Under the pieces are notes generated by a model. It ran no database searches. It saw only the letters and a list, made by a program, of their open reading frames with translations, and was not told the origin of the DNA. 64,000 nucleotides of DNA, taken from contig OX597817.1 of NCBI GenBank assembly GCA_951406725.2, positions 170,438,001-170,502,000 on the forward strand. Reading direction: 5' to 3'. This document shows positions 25,601 to 38,639 of the stretch, piece after piece. Position 1 is the first letter of the stretch. Each line of letters starts with the position of its first letter. The position numbers were made by a program, and so were the translations under genes. The DNA is from Octopus vulgaris (lineage: Eukaryota).

Positions 25601-25737
25601 TGAAAACAGAGGGAGAACCGACACCACATAGCGAGAGAGAGAGAGAGAGAGAGAGACATAGTGACACCGTGCATTGGGAGAAGATGAGGTTTTAGGCGGC
25701 AGAAAGAAGACAGGATTGAGATGAAATGCTTTGCGGA
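24620..25737 (-). mobile_element. Family C 3' end joined to ~850 bp of GC-richer upstream sequence; possible long or parental form
   Basis: C module 24620-24885 runs directly into unique sequence containing a ~75-bp direct repeat (25260-25358 and 25666-25736). Confidence 0.55.
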
Positions 25738-25759
25738 ATGGCTGTTCTTATTTTACAGT

Positions 25760-25988
25760 TTTACCCTTTCGTTGCCAACCCAGCTGAAACCGGCTCTGGC
25801 TCTGTAGTACAAATGTCTTGTTTTCATAAGTCTTGAATTAAAATCTTCCACCAAACCTCAGCCACAATTTATGTTCCTAACACTAGCTGAATGATAACTG
25901 AGTTATTTTGCTAAATTCTTTGTTATATTTAAAATAATTGAAAGAAACACAGAGCACCTCAAAATAAATACAGTAACGAAAGGGTTAA
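25760..25988. mobile_element. piggyBac-like MITE family P1 (opposite orientation)
   Basis: TTTA-CCCTTTCGTT...AACGAAAGGG-TTAA; reverse complement of 20906-21134. Confidence 0.75.
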
Positions 25989-26059
25989 TATCTTCTCAAA
26001 GTGCTCCGTCCTATCTCTTTTGCTGGCAGCCAATTTACATCTACTGTTCAATATGTTCT

Positions 26060-26445
26060 TTTATTCTTTTACTTGTTTCAGTCATTTTACTGAGGCTCTC
26101 AGTTTTTAGCTGAAGAAATTGGCCCCCCAGGACTTATTCTTTGTAAGCTTAGTTACTGCTAAGTTACAGGTACATAGGCACACCAACATCAGTTGTCAAG
26201 CAACAGTGGGGGCAAACACACACACACACACATAAATATGTATATACATATGCACACACATATATGTGTGTGTGTGTGTGACGAGCTTCTTTCGCTTTCT
26301 GTCTGCCAAATCCTCTCACAAGGCTTTGGTCGGCCCAAGGCTATAGTAGAAGATACCTGCCCAAGGTGCCACACACACAGAGGACTGAACCTGAAACCAT
26401 GTGGTTGGGAAGCAAGCTTCTTACCACATAGCCATACCTCCACCT
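26060..26445 (-). mobile_element. SINE family A
   Basis: Reverse complement of family A; more diverged minus copies at ~29205-29570 and ~31065-31455. Confidence 0.85.
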
Positions 26446-26917
26446 ATATATATATATATACACATGTCTGTGTGTGTGTGTGTCCACCATCACTGCTTGA
26501 CAACTGGTGTTGGTGTGTTTACATCCCTGTAAAAGAATAAAGTAAAAGAATAAAAGACAATATATAAAATATATATATATATATATGGTATATGGAAGAT
26601 GGAATATATTATTAATCATATATTAATCATTATTAATTTATTAATCATGACAATTGTTTCTACACATCTAGCATTGATTCCCCTTGAGTTGGACACTCAA
26701 CAACTCTTTCAGAAGCATCCAGCAGTGCAGATGTATCTTGTTGGGTGATAAATAGATACAACTCGTTAAAATAACAGTTCCACAATGTAGCTTCTTGTTT
26801 TGTAGAAAGAGAAACAGCCAAACAAAAGAAATATCTTCATTTATATAGAAGATCAAAAATAAAATCATAGATGGGAAAAAAAGAGAAATGAACACACAAT
26901 ACAGTGAGAAAAGTATA

Positions 26918-27668
26918 ACTTTATATATATAAAACTGAGAATGTGTGTCTGTCTGTCTGTGTGTTTCCCTAAAACTTGAGAACTACACAACCAATTTCAT
27001 TCAAATTTCACACATGCCTTACTTAGGGTCCGGGGAGTGTCATTGGCAAAAACATTTTTTAACTTTTTGCCTAGGGCAAGCCCACAGCAATATCATATCT
27101 TCTCCACTACGATTCCCTAAAACTTGAGAACTACACTAACCAATTCCATTCAAATTTTACACATGCCTTACTTAGGGTCCATGTAGTTTCATGGGCAAAA
27201 AAAAAAATGTTCAACTTCTTGCCTAGAGCGAGCCCATAGCAATATCATATCTTCTCCACTATTTTAGTATTACGTGTTAAAAGTGAAACAAAAACGTTTC
27301 TCTATTTTATGTCAGATACTTTCACTTTAACAATAAAAATAATAATAACAATTGAATTATATGTAGTAAGTAATAATTAAAATCAAACTAAAGTGTAATA
27401 TAATCGTAACATAACAAAAGTAAAAATAGCAATTGGTATAAAATTGCATCAATGACTTGAACTTGAATAAGTGGTTTCCCATGAATGGGAGTAAATTAAA
27501 AATAAAATTCTGCACGCTATATACACATATATACATGCACTAGCACTATGACCTGGCAACGACGGGTCTTTAATGTTAGTCTATATATATAAAGATGAGA
27601 ATGTGTGTCTGTCTGTCTGTGTGTGTGTGTGTCTCTGTGAATCCCTAAAACTTGAGAACTACAAAACC
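26918..27668 (+). mobile_element. Non-autonomous Helitron family H2: one full unit plus the 5' part of a second unit in tandem
   Basis: Head CTTTATATATATAAAACTGAGAATGTGTGTCTGTCTG; internal duplication; 3' hairpin GACCTGGCAACGACGGGTC then TTAG (27576-27579) immediately followed by a new TCTATATATATAAAGATGAGAATGTG head. Confidence 0.75.
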
Positions 27669-27849
27669 AAAAAGAAAATGCACAAAGATTTGATTTATAC
27701 ACATAATAACTGGACTGAATTATTGAATTTGGAGACAAACAATTATAAACACTAAATCAAAATAGATAATTGTGGCTGTGAGGGCTTGTTATGTCAGCGA
27801 TTGTAGGCCTGTTGTGAAGCAGTAAAAAATATGTATTGGTGATATTAAT

Positions 27850-28364
27850 TCATTGAAGGACAGGTTTTCTTCTTGCTGCTTGTCCATAATACCCAAGCTT
27901 ATGCAGATATGTAACACGTTCTTCGACTAACTTCTAGCTGTTTTGCAATGTCAGAAGCCTTCGAACAGGGTTTGTTTTCCACAATTCTCTTCAAACAGCG
28001 AGGCTTCCTTTCTGAGGGCCCAGGTCAGCTAGGATGAGAATCTATTGATTCTTTCCCTTGGCTTTTGAATTGCACTATAATTCTATTAACTGTACAAGAG
28101 GAATTTGAAGATTTTCGGCAATTTTTCGCTGGCTAAGACCAGCCTCAGATTGCCCCGCAATATGAGCCCTTTGAAAATCTGACGATTGTGCTGAATTTTT
28201 TGCGCATGGCATGGTTACTCTTCACAAATGTTTGATATAATGGCACCGGGAATGAAAAAGAATAATTACATTGTAAATTCTACACTGCTGAAAACATATT
28301 AAGTTACTTAGATCAGAAATTTTGAAAATTAAAGGTGTCTATTTACTTCCTGCATGTCTGTGTA
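27850..28364 (-). pseudogene. Tc1/mariner transposase relic (N-terminal HTH domain) with probable left terminus
   Basis: From ATG at 28212, with frameshifts and stops: MPCAKNSAQSSDFQRAHIAGQSEAGLSQRKIAENLQIP / VNRIIVQFKSQG...LKRIVENKP..IAKQLEVSRRT / LHKLGYYGQAARRKPVL; TA-CACAGACATGCAGGAAGTAAATAGACAC resembles a Tc1-type end at ~28364. Confidence 0.8.
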
Positions 28365-28409
28365 TTTATACATATAAATATATATATATATATATGCACA
28401 CATATATAC

Positions 28410-28447
<38 letters not shown>

Positions 28448-28589
28448 TTATATATATATATATATATATACATATTTATATGCATATATACATATTTATA
28501 TGCATATATATATGCATATTTATATACATATATATATGCATATATATATACATACATATATATGTATACATATATATATGCATATATAT

Positions 28590-28656
<67 letters not shown>

Positions 28657-29781
28657 CATAAATATCAGTAGGATACTTAGTTATCTTTCAGTATTTTCCT
28701 TTATATCGCAAATTTAATTGAAACAGCAATAAAAAGGATTAAAATTACGACCAATTCAAAGAACTACTTTGTAGGAGATTATCATATTAAGGAACTTAAT
28801 ATATATTTCTACATTATTGGTTCCAACAGACATGGTTTTTTTAAATTGTTTGCATAAATTTTTTTTTTTGTTTATTGTTTTTTTTTGTTTTTTTTTTGTT
28901 TTTTGTTATTCTGTTAAAAATCATCAAAGCAAACCAGCATCAGACCATCATTTATTGAACAGATTTTAAACAATTTTTATACGGTTGAAAAACATTGATG
29001 AATTTATCTGTTTATCTTTTGAAGTCTACCAAATGGTTTTGGAATTAATAGTAGGAGCGAATTGGAAGTAGTTCCTCAGAGCTTCAGCAGACCTATGAAG
29101 TGGAACAGAGACAATCCCATATACTGGAAATGTCTGCAATTAAATTGAGTATACTTTGGAGAATTTTAAACGAGAAAGTATCAGGTGTGGTTTATTGGGT
29201 ATCTTTTATCTTTTACTCGTTTCACTCATTGGACTGCAGCCATGCTGGAGCACCACTTTGAAGTGTTTAGTCAAGCAAATCGATCCCAGTACGTTTTTTG
29301 TTAAGGCTGGTACTTGTCCTGTTGGTCTCATTTGCCGAACTGCTAAGTTATGGGTTGTAAACAAACTAACACTGGTTGTCAGGCAGTGGTGGGTCAGACA
29401 AACACACACACACACACACACACATGATGGACTTCCACTTGCCAAACTCACTCACAAGGCATTGGTCAGCCCAGGGATACAGCAGAAAACACCTGCCTGA
29501 CATACCTTGTATTGGGACTGAACTTGAAACAACATGGTTACAAAGCAGGCTTCTTTACCACCCGGCCATGTGTGAAACAAGATTTTTAAGGAATAAACTG
29601 ACTGCTACTCTTTGAAAGAAGTAAATTAGTGGGGACTGGAAATGGTGAACCTGGCCATGACACTGCATCCTTTAAGGCCCTCATGCTTTCCGAAATCCGC
29701 CGAAACCACACCTGATTATATATACACTTTAGATGAGTTGTAGTGCACCTGAGCACTGTACACAATTATTATTATTATTAT

Positions 29782-30234
29782 CATTCAGTAGTTTTATTTA
29801 TATAGCGTGCTTTCACTTCACTACCGAGCGCAGCTCTGTGTGCCTTGGGTATGTGCTGTGATTTGTTGTGATGCTCTGATGGTTATTGTATGGAAAGTGT
29901 TCTGCGTAGGATGTGGGCAGTGCCTATTAGTGCAATTTTCTGTATGTTATATGTGTTTGTAAGTCCTGGTGTTTTCGTTATGTATTTGTCTGAATATTTT
30001 TTTATCATGCCTAATGCACCTACTATGATAGGAATTGTTTCTGTTTTTAGATTCCACATTCTGGTTACCTCTATTTCCAGGTCTTTGTATTTTGAGAGTT
30101 TCTCCATTTCTTTTAGAGACACGTTGTCATCAGCCGGTATTGATACATCAATTAGAAAGCATTTTTTTCTTCATGGTCTCTGACAACTATATCTGGTCTG
30201 TTGGCCTTAATTTCTCTATCTGTGTGTATCGGCA

Positions 30235-30236
<2 letters not shown>
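29782..30236 (-). pseudogene. 5'-truncated R4/Dong-clade non-LTR retrotransposon: restriction-like endonuclease C-terminus and 3' UTR
   Basis: MPIHTDREIKANRPDIVVRDHEEK /1-nt frameshift in A run/ CFLIDVSIPADDNVSLKEMEKLSKYKDLEIEVTRMW..IPIIVGALG; PD..D RLE motif; (TAA)n on both flanks. Confidence 0.85.
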
Positions 30237-30274
<38 letters not shown>

Positions 30275-30354
30275 AATGAGATGATAGAGTACAGAGAGGA
30301 AATGGGAATAAATGTAGGTTAGTTTGGTTAATCCACATCACTGACTAAGGAGCT

Positions 30355-30575
30355 TAGGGCTGGTTTCCTGGTTTCTCTGACGTATATATCCCTCCCTGAG
30401 TGGGACACTAGTCTGTTACAGGATTATTCATTTTCCCCAGCAGAGTGGAATGGGGCAATGTAAGATGAGGTGTTTTGTTCAAGACCACAGTGCTTCACTC
30501 CATCCAGGAATTGAAACCCCAATCTTAGAGTGAGGAGTCCAACACCCTTAATCATTAAGCTGTGCACTCCACTGG
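30355..30575 (-). mobile_element. Degenerate tRNA-derived SINE, OR-like group
   Basis: Similar to 61203-61460 and to the tail of 32259-32563. Confidence 0.65.
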
Positions 30576-32258
30576 GACTAAATGTACTCTAAATGCACTC
30601 AGATAGAAATGGAAATAAATATACTCTGTTCAGTCCATACAAGGGATCTTTTCGCTTTGACTGACAGATTTTAAAAATAATTTCTTTGTAACTTAAAAAT
30701 TTTAAACTTCGTATACTGGTAGAATTGTTGTTGACACATAACGGCAGAAATCGTTTTCACCTCAATAGACGTCATTGATTAGTTGAAATTGCCAAAATGC
30801 AAGAAATTAAAGACTAAATATCTTACAAACTACAGAATTTTCTCAAGAAAGCCAAGAGAAAAAGATGGCAAAGTCATTAGTGCTGGACAAAATGCCTTGC
30901 TGTATTTAGTCGTGATCCTTTATGTTCTGAGTTCAAATTTCCCCAAGCTCAACATTGCCTTTCATCCTTCTAGGGTTGCTAAATGACCTTGTGCCTATGT
31001 TAGAAATCAATGCTATTTTATAGCTACCATATTTAATTGTATATAAGACATTGGAAAGATTATCTTTTATCTTTAATCCGTTTCAGCCATTAGACTGCAG
31101 CCATGCTGGGGCACAACCTTGAAGAACTTTTTAGTTGAATAAATTGACCCCAATACTTTTGTTTTCAAGCTTTATACGTATTCTATTGGTCTTTTTTGCC
31201 AAACTGCTAGGTTACGGGGACATGAACAAACCAACACCGGTTGTCCAGCAGTGGTGGGGGACAAACACAGACTCAAAGACATACAGACGTGTGTGTGTGT
31301 ATACACACGCACACACACACACAACAGGCTTCTTTGAGTTTCTGTTTTCTAGATCCACTCATGAGGCTTTAGTTGACCCAGGGTTATAGTAGAAGACACT
31401 TGCCCAGGGTGCCACACAATGGGACTGAACCCAGAACTATGTGATTGGGAAGAAAGCATCATCCTAGATTCTATATAAAAAGATGAGCCTATGCTTCTAC
31501 ACATTAAAATCTCTTTCCTGAGTCTGTGCTGCTGAAATGATGGTGTGTCTAAGCATCTTTTATGCCATCAAATATGGTTTGCTAGAGGTAAGTGAAACGA
31601 TACATGAAATCAATACAAGTGACAAGGATCACTCCTCCTTTTTTACATCAGACACCAAAATACTGGTTTTTTGCTTGATATGGGCTAACCAGGAGCTAAG
31701 TAACAACAACAACAGCCACACAAAAATCAGATGGACAGTGGAAAAAAATGCAGCATTCCTAAACTGTTACATTGCGCTCTTTATAAGCCATTGCAGTTTA
31801 TAATTTGCAGTATAGTCCTCATGTATGCAGGACTGCTGTGTATCTAGTACAATGGATAGATTTCCCCAAGTCATTTCACTGGCTACTTAAATGCAGCAGA
31901 TGTGCTTGATGGTGGCTGATTGTAGCTATATAAGAAGAATGACAACAAAAGATGTCTTTTTCTAGGCAAAAATACAGACTTTATGGTGAATATATATGGA
32001 GTATGTGATTGTAGAAAAGCAGTGGAAGTTTGAGAGAAATGAGGAGAGAATTATCCATTCAATATGTAACGTACTTTAAACATGGAACGTTGGGCTGTGT
32101 GAAAGGCTGTGTCTTAAATTGGCTTCTTCAATCTTCTTCAGTTCTGGTGTCTTCATACTGTCTCAAACTTCTGACACTCTCATACAATGATTCCCTTTCA
32201 GACTCCCCTCATTATTCTCTACATCACTCCTTCACTTCAATTCCTTTATTCTGTACTT

Positions 32259-32563
32259 GTTGTTTGTTCCTTCTCGAGCCCCGCCTGGCTCATAAGGGTT
32301 GGTTTCCCAGTTTCCTTGGCGTATAGGTTCCCCACCTGGATGGGACGCCGGACTGTCACAGATGAGCTGCAAGATGCAGGAGGAAAGAGTGAGAGAATGT
32401 TGTGGCGAAAGAGTCAGCAGAAGTTCACCATTACCTTCTGCCGGAGCCGCGTGGAGCTTAGGTGTTTCGCTCATAAACACACACATCGCCTGGTCTGAGA
32501 TTCGAACCCACGATCCCTCAACTGCGAGTCCACTGCTCTAACCACTAGGCCATGTGCCTCCAC
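32259..32563 (-). mobile_element. tRNA-derived SINE, OR-like group (tail type 1)
   Basis: Head GTGGAGGCACATGGCCTAGTGGTTAGAG..GGTTCGAATCTC; TSD TATTCTGTACTT/TATTCCGTACTT at 32247-32258 and 32564-32575. Confidence 0.9.
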
Positions 32564-32668
32564 TATTCCGTACTTACAACCAAAATGACCATATCGTTCT
32601 CTCTTTGTGATTAAGGGCTGAAGCTCAAAATATTTGGTTTAACTTGAACCTTTTTATTATCTTTCCTA

Positions 32669-32897
32669 TTAACCCTTTAGTGTTCACATTATTCTGCTAA
32701 AATTAATCCTTTTTTATCCTTATTGCTTCGAACTAATCATGCATAATCTTGTAGCTGTGAGATTTTGATGAGGTAGCTGTTAATTTTTAAAGCGATATTG
32801 TAGGGTTGGCGTGAGAGACCAGATCTGGTCAGTTTGAACATAAAACAGGCTGAAAACTTTTGGCCGGATTTGGCCGGTTTAAATGCTAAAGGGTTAA
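32669..32897. mobile_element. piggyBac-like MITE family P2
   Basis: TTAA-CCCTTTAG...CTAAAGGG-TTAA. Confidence 0.75.
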
Positions 32898-33899
32898 AGA
32901 CTTAGCTTATGCATGTAAGAGAAGCTGACTGTTCTGGTATGCATGTGACTTGGGTAAGTGGTTACGATGTACTGTGCGGACCAAGGAAGATATGAGAAAA
33001 AGTTGTGCAGTTAGATCTTGTGAACCGATGCAATAACACAAAATGGAGAAGATCATTGGGGAGGAAATGTGATATTACAATGTCATCCAGTATGCATCAG
33101 TTTTGAAAAATGAATGTAATAACGATGAAAAGGAAGATGACAGTAACAATGCATGTAGAAATAACAAGAAAGCAACTCTTTTAGCATCGGTTAAAACAGT
33201 TCAGTTTAGCCAACCATTAGTAAAAAGAACTACAAAGAAAAAATATTCTGTAAAACCTTTTACTGTCATTCTACTATTGAACAATTAATGAGGAACGTTG
33301 ACAGTAGCATTGTATGTGTGTGTGATGAATATATACTGTGTCGTTGAGATGTGTGGTTACATTCAAAATCCATCCCGATTGGTTGTGACTAAAGCAGAAG
33401 AAATGTAAGACAATTGTTCAGTTTTGTTAAACATGATTTCATCAATGGAGGAGATTTTCAAAGGAAATCTAAAAACAAAATCGGTTATAAGGTTGGTGGA
33501 GGTGAACTTCGTTAATGAAGAATCTATGATTATATCTAGAAAATAAACATAAAAATCTTACGGGAGCTTACTGATGAATTAGGATTGTGAAGGGAGAGAG
33601 AGAGAAACTATTTTATTAGCATACCATTTCTTTGCTAGCATGCAAAAAGCAATTTTAAATTAATGGTAATAGTACTGTTATGGTGGTAGTGGCGGCGGCA
33701 TTGGTGTTGTTGTTGGTGTAGTGTTCATGATAATGGTGTTGCCACTTGCGATGATTCTGATGACAACCACCATCAAAATGGCGGCATTATGCCATGCTAT
33801 TGATTTTCTTTTTCTTCTGTAAATTGTTTTAAAGACTATTGTCTATTTGATTTTAGACCTTGTTAGGTTTCTTACTTTAATATAGTGTATAAATAAAGA

Positions 33900-34282
<383 letters not shown>

Positions 34283-34838
34283 ATTATCATAAACATTTAA
34301 CATGTTTTCCATATATATGTGTGTGTGTCTGTGTGTGTAGATAGATATATGCATTACTAACCTTCATGCATACTTGCTCAAAGCACATACATACATTCTC
34401 ACTAATATGAGCATACATTGATGCACATACACACACACACACACACCTCACATATACACTCATCCAGTCCTACTTCTCTCATAGTCACCAGGTGTTATAA
34501 ACGCAAAGTATATTGGTTGAGTATTGAAAATAAATCTCAGTAAATGAAGACGCAACAGTGCAGACATTGTTTTGTTAACGAGATGAGTTAAGATGATATT
34601 TCTTTGGAAAATATAGTTTTTACACAAAACAGAAATACGTAGCTGAAACCAAAACCTTGTGTCTGTTAGTTTCCTACAGACACTTGGAAATGTGGGATGC
34701 TATTTGTTTGTCAGTGATGCTCATATGTGACTGTTGTGCAATATCATGACAAGGAGGCATACACACACACCTGTGTGCATGCACATCATCGTTTAACGTC
34801 CGTTGTCCATGCTGGTATGGGTTGGACTGTGTGACCAG

Positions 34839-35253
34839 GCAGCGAGCTGGCAGAATCGTTAGCATGCCGGACGAAATGCTTAGCGGTATGTCGTCTGCCG
34901 CTACGTTCTGAGTTCAAATTCCGCCGAGGTCGACTTTGCCTTTCATCCTTTCGGGGTTGATTAAATAAGTACCAGTTACGCACTGGGGTCGATGTAATCG
35001 ACTTAATCCGTTTGTCTGTCCTTGTTTGTCCTCTCTGTGTTTAGCCCCTTGTGGGTAGTAAAGAAATAGGTATTTCGCTCGTTGCTACGTACTGCGTTCA
35101 AATTCCGCCGAGGTCGACTTTGCCTTTCATCCTTTCGGGGTCGATTAAATAAGTACCAGTTACGCACTGGGGTCGATATAATCGACTTAATCCGTTTGTA
35201 TGTCCCTGTTTGTCCTCTCTGTGTTTAGCCCCTTGTGGGTAGTAAAGAAATAG
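34839..35253 (+). mobile_element. Dimeric SINE B inside a family C copy
   Basis: Full unit plus a 5'-truncated second unit, bounded by a single TSD pair GTGTGACCAG (34829-34838, 35254-35263). Confidence 0.9.
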
Positions 35254-35698
35254 GTGTGACCAGAGCTGGCAAGCTGGGGGGGGGGTAGAAGGGGCTACAC
35301 CAGACACTTGCATTCATGTTTGCTTACATATATACATGCATATATATCTTCACACAGGCATGCACAACAGGCTTCTCTCAGTTTTCATCTACCAAATTCA
35401 CTTGTAAGGATTAAAATTTTTTTTGGGTCTGTTTGTATAACAGAAGACAAGTACCCACTACACTCTCAGAGTGGTTGGCGTTAGGAAGGGCATCCAGCTG
35501 TAGAAACTCTTCCAGATCAAGATTGGAGCCTGGTGCAGCCATCTGGTTCGCCAGCCCCCAATCAAAATCGGTCAACCCATGCTAGCATGGAAAGCAGACG
35601 TTAAACGATGATGATGATGATGATTTGCTCCAGGTTCTGTGCACTGGAACTGAACCTGAAATCAGGCAGTTGAGAAACGAACTTCTTAATCATAGCAC

Positions 35699-35733
<35 letters not shown>

Positions 35734-36729
35734 TTGCATTATCATTACTCTTTCGTTTTATACTCATCAAGCTGCCCTTGAATTATTTCAGTAGCATATA
35801 AGTTTTTCTCGGGCAAGTGTTTACTGGTCCCTCCCTCAATCCATCCCCCATTACTGAAAAAAAAAAAAAAGAAAAAAAAAGGATGCTGTGAGGGGGTCTT
35901 CCATGACCCTTTGCACAGTGCAACATAATCAATGCAAACAAAGAAAGAGCAAAATAAAAATTGACCCCCTCCCCTCCTGGTATTTCATTATGCTTGAGGG
36001 ATGAAAGGCAAACTTTAACTTGGTAAGATTTGAACTCAGCATGTAGAGAACTGGAACAGATAACGCATGACATTTCAACTGATGCTCTAACTACTTTGCT
36101 AGTTTTCTACCTTATAACACGTGTGTGTGTGTCTCAACATCGTTTACACACATAGCTTAAAATAATGTCACTGGCTGTGTAGTGATGTTGTTGTTTGCAT
36201 TTGCCATGAGAATATGCCCAGCCCTTCTATGATTTGTTGTGTGAAAGGCCAAAGAAAAAGTACTCCACTGAAAACAAGTAAGGGTTGTTAACAGGAAGGG
36301 TATCCAGCCACGCAATACTACCAAGTTAAAGTTTGCCTTTCATCCCTACTATCTCATTAAGTTTTGTCTATGCTGTGCTAGTGCACAAAATTCAAGCATA
36401 AAATTAATAAGGATTATAATGCATATGCACAATGGTAGCTATTCTGATGTACATGGAAGCTATGGTTATGTTACACAGAATGAATAGAAATCTAAGTTCT
36501 TGGAGTCCTTTGTTGTAAATAACTTGGCCATTTGCAACACTAACTACAAGAAGCATATCAACCATGTGAGCATGTAAATTGAATAGATTTCATTCTCATA
36601 AAGAAACTGGGTAAAGAAATACTTGTAAATATTTAATCATTCCTTCTTGAAGGATGAGTGACACTGATACAATGATATAAGGATGATCTGGAGAAGGAAG
36701 GTATTGGAGTTGAAAGATCTCTGGACGAG

Positions 36730-37572
36730 ATGTAGGTTCAAAGAAGTACAAAATGATGAGAAAAGATTTTAAAACAGTCACAGTATTTCTGTTTTTCATC
36801 TATAAATAAGATAGTGAAAAACATTGGTGATGTTCAACGGAATTGATGGTCCACTGATGTTGAACAGACTTGATAGGTTACAGATGCTGAGCAAAATTGG
36901 TCTGCTAGTGAAGGAGAATGGAATTCATCAGTTTACCAATTTTGCTCAGCAACCTTATCAAATCTGTTCACCATCACTAGACCATCAAGTCTGTTGACTA
37001 TCAACCAGTATTAGTCTCTCTCTTATTTGCAGATCATCATCATCGTTTAACGTCCGTTTTCCGCACTAGCACGGGTTGGACGGTTTGACCGGGGTCTGGG
37101 AAGCCAGGGGCTGCTCCAGGCTCCAGTCTGATCTGGCAGAGTTTCTACGGCTGGATGCCCTTCCTAACGCCAACCACTCTGCGAGTGTAGTAGGTGCTTT
37201 TTACGTGCCACCTTCACAGGTGCCGGGGGGGGGGGGGGTCCGGCATCGGTCACGATCGGTTGGAGCTTTTAACGTGCCAGCGGCACGGAAGCCAGCCAAG
37301 GCGGCGCTGGCAACATTCGGATGGTCTTTTTATGTGCCACCGGCACAGGAGCCAGTCGGGGCAGCGCTGGCATTGGCCACATTCGGATGGTGCTTTTTAT
37401 GTGCCACCGGCACAGAAGCCAGTCGGGGCGGCGCTGGCATCGGCCACATTCGGATGGTGCTTTTTATGTGCCACCGGCACAGAAGCCAGTCGGGGCGGCG
37501 CTGGCATCAGCCATTTCAGATGTAAAACAGAAACCACATGATAGTTTTTAAATCATTTCTTTGTTCTACACC
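36730..37572. repeat. Long imperfect fold-back (palindromic MITE-like) with its right arm split by a family C SINE
   Basis: TGCTGAGCAAAATTGGT pairs with ACCAATTTTGCTCAGCA; pairing continues outward to 36798/37034 and resumes after 37517. Confidence 0.8.
37033..37516 (-). mobile_element. SINE family C with a 67-bp internal tandem array
   Basis: TATGTGCCACCGGCAC at 37331, 37398 and 37465; CAGAT on both flanks. Confidence 0.9.
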
Positions 37573-38241
37573 TGTTTTCCAACACTTACATGGGGTGAAA
37601 TGGTATATGTGTTGGGACAATTGTTCTTTTCTTTTCATCACTAGTGTACAATAACCTGCCAACCATCAACTGTGAAGAGGGTGTTGAACATGTATTTTCT
37701 TCAGACAGGCAAACCGGAGCAAGCAGAATTAAGGGACATAGCAATAAATAGGGCATTGAGGAAGCCTCTATGTGGTTGCCTCATTTTGTAGAAATAGCAG
37801 CTTTAACTGTTGTCTTAAAAGCATTGGCTAATGTAGGTTGCGATACACTATGCCTTAAAGAATAGATGGGATTTATCATGGCTTAAATCCTTTTAATAAT
37901 CAGTCCGCTGCTTAATCAGATCTGATTTGGGACCTAAACAACATAATGGCTAGTAAAATCTGAGCTTATATCATGTTGGTTTGCATATTATTTTTACAGC
38001 TATCATCTTTCTTAGACACACTTATATCTCCACCTTCTCAGAATGGCATACATTTAAAACTGGATATTTTATCAAGTTTAAATGAATTGTGGAGTTTCTA
38101 ATTATTCCTTTTAAACATTTGAATGTTGAAGATGCATCTGAATCACAAGCAATTAACTGAAACCATAGAGCATAATATAACAGTAAAACGATCCAACTTA
38201 ATGCTTAACAATTTCATCAAATCACACAGCTTTATCTTTAA

Positions 38242-38639
38242 CTAGCAGTATCGCCCGGCGTTGCTCGGGTTTGTAAGGGAAATAACTATATAAACATTTT
38301 TAGAGAGTTAGAGCCAAAAAATAGCAAAAAAATTCATTAAAAATGGAAAAAAAATGATGGTAAATTTTTTTTTAAATCGTTGACTCATCGTAGACATTTT
38401 TAGAGAGTTACTTCCCTTATATAATAGCGAAAAAATGCATTAAAATGGAAAAAAATAATGGTAAATTTTTTTTTAAATCGTAGACTCATCGTAGATGCGC
38501 ACTAATACCCAGAAGGGCTCGATATGAATCACGACTATAAGATACCCGGTTTTGGTTAAACTGCACCGCAAAATGTGGGAGTAGTTAGGAATCTAAATCG
38601 TAGGAGACAGACACACAACTTCTCTTTTATATATAAAGA
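38242..38639 (-). mobile_element. Non-autonomous Helitron family H1
   Basis: Reverse complement of 4906-5301 with A|TC and CTAG|T termini. Confidence 0.85.

Noticed and set aside
32900-33080. Faint RTE-like residues (PRK.*EKVVQLDL)
   Set aside because: Too decayed to delimit or classify with confidence.
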